Positions 48,868 through 56,989 of a DNA stretch of 56,989 bases are shown in pieces. A program made the translations under genes and the position numbers. The notes below the pieces were generated by a model. The model saw only the letters and a program-made list of their open reading frames with translations, was not told where the DNA came from and ran no database searches. This DNA comes from Ancylonema sp. Its lineage: Eukaryota. The DNA lies in the NCBI GenBank assembly GCA_050230475.1, contig JBFLGF010000219.1:1-56989 (forward strand), in the 5' to 3' direction. Numbering within the stretch: the first letter of the stretch is position 1; the number at the start of each line of letters is the position of its first letter.

Positions 48868-51426
48868 ATGGAAACCACGGATTCTGGCGATGATGAGGAC
48901 TACAAAGCCGCACAGACGGAGCGGACCTCATTCTTTCGAATGCCCTCGTTTCGCACATCTGAACCGTCGTCACCAAAGGTACAGTTTTGAGAAGATGCCA
49001 TACACGATTTCGAATTCGACATCTCTTTGAATGGAGTCCATAATTTGGCGAATGCTTGTGAAAAGTTGGCCGGAGAGCTCACACTCGTCTTTAAATTGCT
49101 CAACGCTGGTTGTTCGGTTGCAGACTCCTCGTGAAACAGGAGCGTCCCTATACGAAGCGGTGTTCGTCAAGGAAAATGTCTCCATACATCCTACTCAAGG
49201 GTCCAATGAGCAGATTGCCGGACGGTTGCGCCTCATTAAGCAAACTCCATCTCTGTTCATGGTGAGTGGCCTCTTTGTAACAGTCTAAACAAACGCAGGA
49301 CGGAAATTGTGAGGTAAACGAGACGTGTCCCTGCCACACTCTTATGGCCTAGCAGTGTGGTGCCTGTGACACGTCGTCTTGAGATTTGTCTTGGTAGCTA
49401 CCTGTGAATGCCAGAGGAGTGCGTCAGTATTAAAAGCGCCCTCTGTTTTCTCTGCCCAGACTTGGATCCCATACCTGGTGTCTGGCGTCAGCGCTCCAGG
49501 TGCGCATGCTCAGGCAGGTACCTGGGTGGCAGCACAGACTGGTGGCAACAGCATGTAAAAGGGACATGTGGGGGGTGCAGATCGCAGCCTGTACACCATA
49601 CGTGCTGTGGCTGTCACCGAGATTCGTTCTGTTCGACGCCACTGCCCCACCCTGGGCCACCACCACATCATTGTGGTCCTTCACTCAGGCCTGGCTTACC
49701 CCCCCCTCTACTTTCACAACGGAGGAGTGTCCGAGTTTCTGAGCACCCTGAGAGACTACGCCCTGCTTGTCCCCTCTACAGACGACCCCAACCTGTTCCT
49801 AGTCACACAGGCAGCAGACCCTCTACAGCAGAGCCTGGCCAGGCTCAGCGACAGCCCAGTTGTGAGTGGAAGGAGAGAAGACCTGGACTCTTCTCCAAGA
49901 ACACCTAGAAGCCCCACCGTCCTCTTGAAATTACCCGTGGTCAGCCGCTTTGCAGGCAACACTGCCTCGCTCCTCTTCCCCCAAGGAGTGGAGGAGGAAC
50001 CTAGGGAACCCGCCCTGCCTGCCCTCTCAGAGGACATGCCACCACTGCATGCTACCTCGACCTCCTCCCCCTGTGCGCGTGAAGAGGATTGTGGTTCGTT
50101 CGAGATGGTGGAGGAGCACCCGGTACGGAGGATGCTCCCCACCAATGCACTACTTGTGGACTGCCACCTCACACTCTCTCACCTCTCCTTGTTGCCTTGT
50201 GCCCTGTGGTTGGCGTGCAGGAAGCACACGCGCCAGCGCTGGTGTGGGCCCGTGCTCGACCCTCCCCTCTCACAGCAGAAGAGGTAAGTAGAAGGGCACA
50301 GGATGGCAGTTGTAAGCTGATGCTGATGCTGGTGGGGGGTTTGAGGTGGGGTTGGCAGTGGGTGGGGTGGATGGACCCTGAGGGTCGTGTCGTGGACGAA
50401 CCGGGTCTGCGTCGTCGTGTTTTCCACTCAGGGTGCGACCCTCGTGTGAGGAAAGAGGTATGGAAGGTGCTGCTCGACTGCTGGCCTCCTGCCCTCACCT
50501 GCACAGAGAGGGAGGATCTAGCAGAGAGGCGCGCAGAGGAGTACCACCTCATCAAAAGGCAGTGGATGGTGAGGGGAACCACCACACACCACACATCCAA
50601 GAGTGAAGGAATAAGTAGGGAGTAAGGGAGGAAGGGAGTAAGGGAGTAAGGGAGTGAGTGGGAGGGTTGGGTTGAGCAGAGTATTTCGGATGCGCAAGCC
50701 TCTCGTTTCAGTTTGTTCCGCGAGCGTGAGGGTCGCGTGGAGAAGGACGTTGTGCGCACGGACCGCGTCCAGGCTCACTTCGAGGGGGAGGAGAACGCCA
50801 ACGTGGACCTGCTGCGCTCCATCCTCATCACCTACTCCTTTTACAACTTCGACTTGGGGTACTGCCAGGGCATGAGCGACCTGCTGGCGCCCATACTGGT
50901 GGTGATGGGGGAGGAGGAGGAGGCGTTCTGGGCGTTTGCATCCCTCATGGAGCGCATGGCACCCAACTTCAACCTCGACCAGAACGGGATGAACTCACAA
51001 CTCATGGCGCTCAGGAAATTGGTGCAGCTGCTCGACCCCCCACTCTACGACTACTTGGACTCGGTAGACTGCCTCAACTTCTTCTTCTGCTTCCGATGGA
51101 TCCTCATCCACTTCAAGAGGGAGTTTGGGTACGAGGACGTGATGCGGCTGTGGGAGGTGCTGTGGAGCCGCCACCTGTCGGACCACTTCCACCTCTACGT
51201 GTGCACCGCCATTCTGAAGAGGCACAGGAGGAAGATCATGGACGAGCAGATGGAGTTCGACTCACTGCTCAAGTTCACCAACGACCTCAGCGGCCGCATC
51301 GACCTAGAGGCGACGCTGAGAGATGCGGAGGCCCTGTGTGTGTATGCAGGGGCGGCAGGCGTGGCATGCATGCCGCAACCTCCCGTAGAGGCGGAGGAGG
51401 GGGGCACCTCACCACCACCTCTTTGA
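48868..51426 (+). CDS. TBC-domain Rab GTPase-activating protein (TBC1D15/17, Gyp7-like), 7 exons
   Basis: Exons 48868-48978, 49124-49261, 49460-49517, 49581-50122, 50221-50283, 50359-50568, 50680-51426. Motifs KENVSIHPTQ, YPPLYFHNGGV, VRKEVW, EKDVVRTDR (R-finger), YCQGMSDL (Q-finger), FFCFRWILIHFKREF. Confidence 0.94.
50612..50667. repeat. Intronic 9-bp tandem repeat (GTAAGGGA-like)
   Basis: GGGAGTAA/GGGAGGAA-like units repeated about 5-6 times in TBC intron 6. Confidence 0.7.
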
Positions 51427-52644
51427 GACGCGATCATGTACATACATTCAGTAATTCATACATTCATTCAATGCCTGATTTCCCTCTTCAATGTACAACA
51501 TCGATTTCCGTTTGTGTTTTTATGACTTTGAGTGTGCCTGGAACGATCTCTGATAAATCTTCGGTACCTCGAAAGATCCCCGTGATGGATTGCTTCTCTG
51601 AATGCATTGAGCCACATCTGCGATGCTGTATGGTTTAGTGGGCAGAGGACAATGTTGGTGACAGATTCAAAATGAGAACACACCTCACAACTTAAACCCT
51701 GTTGCTTCGTGTGAAGGTATTGATTCACCAGAATTGCATGGTTTTTACTTGCCTCACTTTTTCGATATCTCCTCCCATTTCATAATACACTTGTTTCATT
51801 TCATTGTGGGCGTGTTAGAGTACTTGATAATCGAACTTATATTGTGAACCTTACATCGCATCTGAGGGCACATTTTGGCTCATTGGCTCGTTAAACCATT
51901 CAAGCTTGAGACATTGTGTTATTTATCCATACATTTCAGTACCCGCGTCATCCCCTTCGAGGAGGTTTTGGCAATGTGATGTACCCGAGTGACATCCTTT
52001 TGAGCACATGTGCAAACATTTGTAAATGGTTGTGTGCGACAAGTGATTGGATATCCTTGTGTTCTCAATTGCATTCTTGTAGCAGCGGTGATTATAAAAA
52101 TGGTATGCCAGCAACATCTAGAGGATGTATGTTTTCTTTGAAGATATTCTCAACGGGAGACTTCTATGTGCACCAACACTATTTGCTTCGTTTTTTTGCC
52201 ATGTCGTAAGTCCTTGTTAGTTGACTTTTTCAGCCGAAACCTCTCATCCACGTCCACACTAAACTTATACCGTCATATGCGATGGTGGTGTTGAATGTGT
52301 CGTCACGCCACGATATCTCCATCCTGATATTTAAGTGAGTATTTAACATGTGTATGTGACGCACGATGCACAAAACACATGCTGGTATTTGACACCTCAA
52401 GCGATTAATAATGGGAGTTCTTCGTGAGGGTCTCATGATATCTTCATCCATCAACACATCTTCTGTTGTGTGCATGTCAATCCACCTAGTAAATGGGGGT
52501 TATAGTTGTATTGTTCGTCTACGCTCCAACACGGCCCACCCCCGCTCTCTCGGCTCGCCACCATCTTCACCACCTCGTACACTCGAGTTTTTTTCGAGAT
52601 AGTGTGAAAGTTCTTTAAATGATGAAAATGGTTGTGCGATGAGT

Positions 52645-52988
52645 GACAAGTAAAAGATTAGGTCAGGCAAGGTCCCAAACAAGGACCTTGTATCGTGCGA
52701 GGCATAGTCTTTTCTGCCTCGTGATCTTATTTGAGGACTTTAGTCTTTTCGAACCGTTAATCTAGATATTCCCAAATCCTGGTCAATCTAGACCCTTCAC
52801 TCATAATTGTCAAGTCCGACGTTTCGGTTTGCACATGTGCATTCATCCTAGTCAATAAATGAACAAACCTCCCAAGACTAATAAACGTTGTCAAGTGACC
52901 AACCTAGCCATCATATCTAATATCCAGCTTAGCCTCCAACTAGGTGCGGTTGGCTGCCCAACCGTTAAGCATTATTGTTGCCATTACA
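52645..52988 (-). mobile_element. Partial solo LTR of the 1263-1748 family, upstream of SWEET
   Basis: Reverse-complement alignment to 1263-1580, including the exact block TAGCCTCCAACTAGGTGCGGTTGGCTGCCCAACCG and CATTATTGTTGCC; ends in ACA at 52988. Confidence 0.8.
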
Positions 52989-53308
52989 CCCCATCAGTAT
53001 GGAGTTCTATGTCTATGTCTATCATAGAACAGGGAAATGGACTATCCCAAATCGTGTGCCCCATGATATCAGTGGGCTCAGCGGGAGTAGCCAGCCGTGG
53101 CTTGGGGCTGCGTCCCAGCCGCCGCCGACGGGACTTGTAGGACAGACTTCCGACCGACATCACACGTCCACATCACGTCACTTAAGACGCGGAAGTCCTG
53201 GCAGCTAGCAAGCAGGCCTTCTTGGCCCGATCGAAGCTCTCCTTTTGAGTCTGTCCGTCATAATGACTGGTTCTCAGGGATGCGTGAAGTAACGCTGCCC
53301 GACGCAGC

Positions 53309-55456
53309 ATGACTTGGGTGATCAATAGCACAATCAGGACTGTCCTTGGAATTTTGGGTGAGCTAAATTTATGAAACGGGTGCAGCCGAGGAATGTACTT
53401 GTGTGCTCGTTGGGGATCACGTGTTATGGTGGTCTATTTACTACAACCATGTCCAGTAATTCGGTACTGATTTCCTATTGAGATCCCGTATTTTGTTGCC
53501 GATGATCGGTCATTCGGAGTGTGCTGGATGGTTGATGCGTTGCCTTTGTTAATACATCCCAGTCTCATATGTGTTGGCTTCTGGCTATGTTGATGGATGC
53601 TTGATAATAATATCGAGTTTGTGGATATTTGTGCAGGAAACATTACGGCCGTCGGGCTGTTCGCCTCTCCTGTGTAAGGGTCTCGAGGCCCTGAGTTCGA
53701 TCGGTCCATGGGCGTCGCACTGCCTGACACAGTTTTGAATTTGACCCTGGTACCGCACTCTGGCTTCTCCTGCATGCAGACCGACCTTTTGGCGCATTGC
53801 CCGCAACAAGTCGACTGAAGCCTTTTTGGCGGATCCCTACCTCCTTGCCTTCTTCAATTGTATCAACTGGACTTTCTATGGCTTGCCTCCAGTAACGAAT
53901 GAGATTCTGGTGACCACCATCAATGCTGTGGGAGCACTCATGGAGGCTGCCTATTTATTCATCTTTCTGTTGTACTGCAAGGGGCAAACCAGGGTAGAGT
54001 GCCCTCCCCTGCCCTCACGCTGCAACGATCTGATCAACTGGACCTGGAGGGTGGGGTTGATCTCCTTGTCTCGAGTGTACTTTGTTGCAGCTATGGACCT
54101 CCCTTCGTCTGCTTGCGATCTGCCTCTTCTTTGCAGCTCTGGTGGGTGTAGCACTGGGTGCTCTCCCTACGTCTAGTGGGCGCACCACCTTGGTTGGGGT
54201 GGTAGGGGTGGTGGTCACTACGGCCATGTATGCGGCGCCCCTGTCCGTCGTGAGCATGGTCATCAGGACAAGGTCGGTGCAGTATTTGCCCTCCTACCTC
54301 TTTCATCATTCCTCTTCATAGACAACAAAGTGGGGGATAAAGACAAGGCCTTAGTTCAAAATGCCCCCACATATCTTAATCGATTCTTTAGTGATGAATG
54401 ATTATTAGTAGTTTATACATAAATAAAAGTTGCAACACGAGGGCATGCCGTCAAGGAGCTAAAGCTATGAGGCTAGAATGCACCACGATTGTGTACCACT
54501 ACAATGTCACTAACAATGCTTCTTCACACATAGCAGAGTTGTATGCTATGAGTACGATCATAATTGAACAAATAGGCCAATTCCATCATTAGAACCAGAA
54601 CCACTCAAAATAATGTAAACCTAGCGCCATGGGCCCTATACACAATTAGGATCATATTCCCTTCACACAAGATGCTATCTTACTCCCATCTCCCGTATCC
54701 TACCCCCTATCCAACTGGGGATGGGGGCTGCTTTCTCCATTTTGATATACCTCATCCGGATCCATATCAAAATTATACCCACTCCTCCCATCCTCTCTTT
54801 TTAGGTCTGTGGAGTTCATGCCTTTCTACCTCTCCCTCAATGGGTTCGTGAACGCGGTGGTATGGCTAGGTCAGCCTCGGATCCCATAACCCCATGACCT
54901 GGGCTGCACAAAGATGTGAAATGTGTTGAGGAGATACTTGATGAAATGAGGCACGTCTATAAACATCTAAGCTTGCATCATTCTTTCTTTTTCTTGTGAG
55001 GGGTCATACAATCAATGCCAACCTGAAGAGCAAGTACAACAACGAACAACTTTGCCTTCACGCCCACATCTGATCCTAATCACGACTGTGTGTTTTGCAA
55101 TTATTGCAGCTTACTCGGTCTACATTCGTGATCTCTATGTGGGGGTGAGTAGTCCATAAAATGAGTTAGGGAACAAGGGCGGATAGGATGTGCTTGTGAT
55201 GATAGTTAATCATATGGTCGATTGAACAGTCCGCCAATATGTTATTGTGCCTTCCCCCAAACTAAAATGTTGTGTTGAGGGATTGTTTTGTGTCTTTTGT
55301 CAGATCCCAAACGGGTTGGGAGTGTTGTTTGGGGCACTGCAATTGGTGGTTTACTTCAAGTATTACGAGCGGAGAAAGAAGACGGCAAGTACCGAGTTGG
55401 AAATTGATAGTGGAACCAATCCTCGTCATGGTGTCACTCACTCTTCCCAAATGTAG
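53309..55456 (+). CDS. SWEET: SWEET (MtN3/saliva) sugar transporter, 7 exons, 244 aa
   Basis: Exons 53309-53357, 53637-53673 (37-bp exon typical of SWEETs), 53780-53993, 54091-54272, 54805-54869, 55110-55144, 55304-55456. Motifs GNITAVGLFASPVPTF, PYLLAFFNC, TINAVG, MYAAPLS, TRSVEFMPFYLS, IPNGLG. Confidence 0.94.
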
Positions 55457-56989
55457 AAGTCACATAAACAGACGTAGAAGGCACTATCAGTCATTATTAT
55501 ATTCATTTAATGTGTGCAGAGTGGCAAATGGTAATTTATTGCCAAAGCAAAGATGCAACGCCTTGATCCTCATGGGCAGCACATGTTGGGGCGGTTGATA
55601 GCGAACTGTCATTGTTAAGTTTCACATCCTACGATCCTTGTAGTTCGCATTTGTCCCCCTACCACCACCTTAAATAGTATTTCGACTCCTTGCCGGGCCA
55701 GGTTGCTCACAATATCGGTGAAACCAGAGAACATTGTGTAACTAGATGATATGAAGACTAGATTCATGTAATTGGCCTTATGCATAAATCATCTCACATG
55801 CACAAAAAGGACGAAATTTTATTTTTAATGTGCTACTCCTTTGTGTGAGGCAACATGTAAGTCACGTTGATATGAACATGCTCCGCATGGCTAGAGAGGT
55901 GGCCATCGTGTTTAGGGTGACCGGTTGTTTGTAACGGGGTAGGCACAGTCATACTTGCTTTTAGAGCGGGTGCATTTGTGCTTATTGCCTGATTTGTAGC
56001 TGTCACAAACACGCGGTCGGCAAGCGCAAGCATGCATGGGACTAAGCTTCCTTGTGTAAGACTATTGGACCTAATGAATGATCACCAACCAATCGGTGAT
56101 CACCGTTGACCACGGGGTTATGAGTCAACCTTGAAAAATGATCCGAAAGGAGAAGGGTTTGTCAAGTTAGGGGAAATAATCAAACATATATTAATTAATG
56201 TGGTGCACCAATAAAAAGTTGTACGATCAAGGGTGAACAAGATGGTAGTTGACACTTGTGCTCGTGTTCTCCAAACACATCGTTTCTCTAAACACTCTGC
56301 AAGAATTGATGAAACCTCGACATGTGTAATACAATTGATTTTTATTAAGTGATATTAGGGCGTAACATATTGCACACACACTTCTCGTGCGCGATAGACT
56401 CGTTGTACTAGTTCTAAGTTCGTTCGCGATGTATTAGTTATAGTGTTGTTCATTTTCAGCATTAGAACAACACCCGACCGTCGATCACCGATCGACGCGT
56501 CTATAGTGTGATGTGACCTAGCATATTAGATTGCTAGTCACCGATTGGTCGCCCGGGGGGCGTTGCCGGCTTGCAGAGAGAGAGCTATATCTTGTACCAC
56601 TTTCTCGCGGTCTCGCAGGTTTGCAAGACTTGCACTCAGTCTATGCCTTTTACATCTGTGTATGTGCGATTACCTTGTACTTGCATGGCAGGTGTCGCCT
56701 GTTGAGCTCGCTGTCGGTCGTTGCTGCCCAGAAAGCTCGACCGCACACACTCACAGAGACTCGCCGCGAGTGTTCGCGATGCCGCTAGCCTGAGCTGTCG
56801 ACAGAGCCACCTACGCTCGTACATTGGTGTGATGTGTCGATGACATAGAGTGAACCAATAAGACTTGTGTCGACATGTTATGATTAGTAAATATAAATGT
56901 GTGAGTGTGCCTATACTACACGATTTAGACTAGCACGTCACACTCATTCGCATCCATTCACACTCATTCACACTGTGCATTTCACACAC

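Noticed and set aside
12629..51426. Sec5, AP3B and TBC Rab-GAP as a trafficking cluster
   Set aside because: Spread over about 39 kb, and trafficking genes are common, so chance is sufficient.
51900..52500. Degenerate coding-like stretch on the minus strand
   Set aside because: Multiple stops and no motif I can assign.
29671..55456. GWD + DGAT2 + SWEET as a carbon-storage gene cluster
   Set aside because: They are interspersed with unrelated trafficking genes and I saw no shared motif; ordinary gene-dense neighbourhood.
56080..56989. Short palindromes (GATCACC...GGTGATC; GTCGATC-ACC-GATCGAC) and CA-rich terminal repeats
   Set aside because: Likely the edge of a repeat element, but no termini, TSD or coding motif is visible within the window.

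Overview
Eukaryotic, intron-rich nuclear DNA. The plant-type gene models plus several algal- or prokaryote-like genes suggest a streptophyte green alga (inference; species not determinable). I assembled spliced gene models by hand from GT-AG sites and protein motifs. 1-3.7 kb is nested LTR-retroelement debris: a gag zinc-knuckle fragment, a Ty1/copia remnant with its LTR inserted into a chromovirus integrase, and dispersed LTR fragments. Genes in order: full-size PDR/ABCG transporter (+); exocyst Sec5 (-; two 1-bp frameshifts and a missing internal segment); a triplicated cassette (17.7-28.6 kb) of an atypical agmatinase-like ureohydrolase (-) and a divergently oriented, unannotated two-exon 82-aa membrane microprotein (+); alpha-glucan water dikinase (-); a PEELP-type P-type ATPase unlike land-plant pumps (-); AP-3 beta (+); DGAT2 (-); a CRE-type non-LTR fragment; a TBC1D15/Gyp7-like Rab-GAP (+); a SWEET transporter (+). 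Best leads: the microprotein under apparent purifying selection, kept intact in all three copies while its neighbour decays; the ureohydrolase with H->N and E->C active-site swaps; the unusual P-type ATPase; a SWEET intron resembling intron gain by tandem duplication; a covarying LTR hairpin. Several lesions may be assembly errors. No database searches were run.
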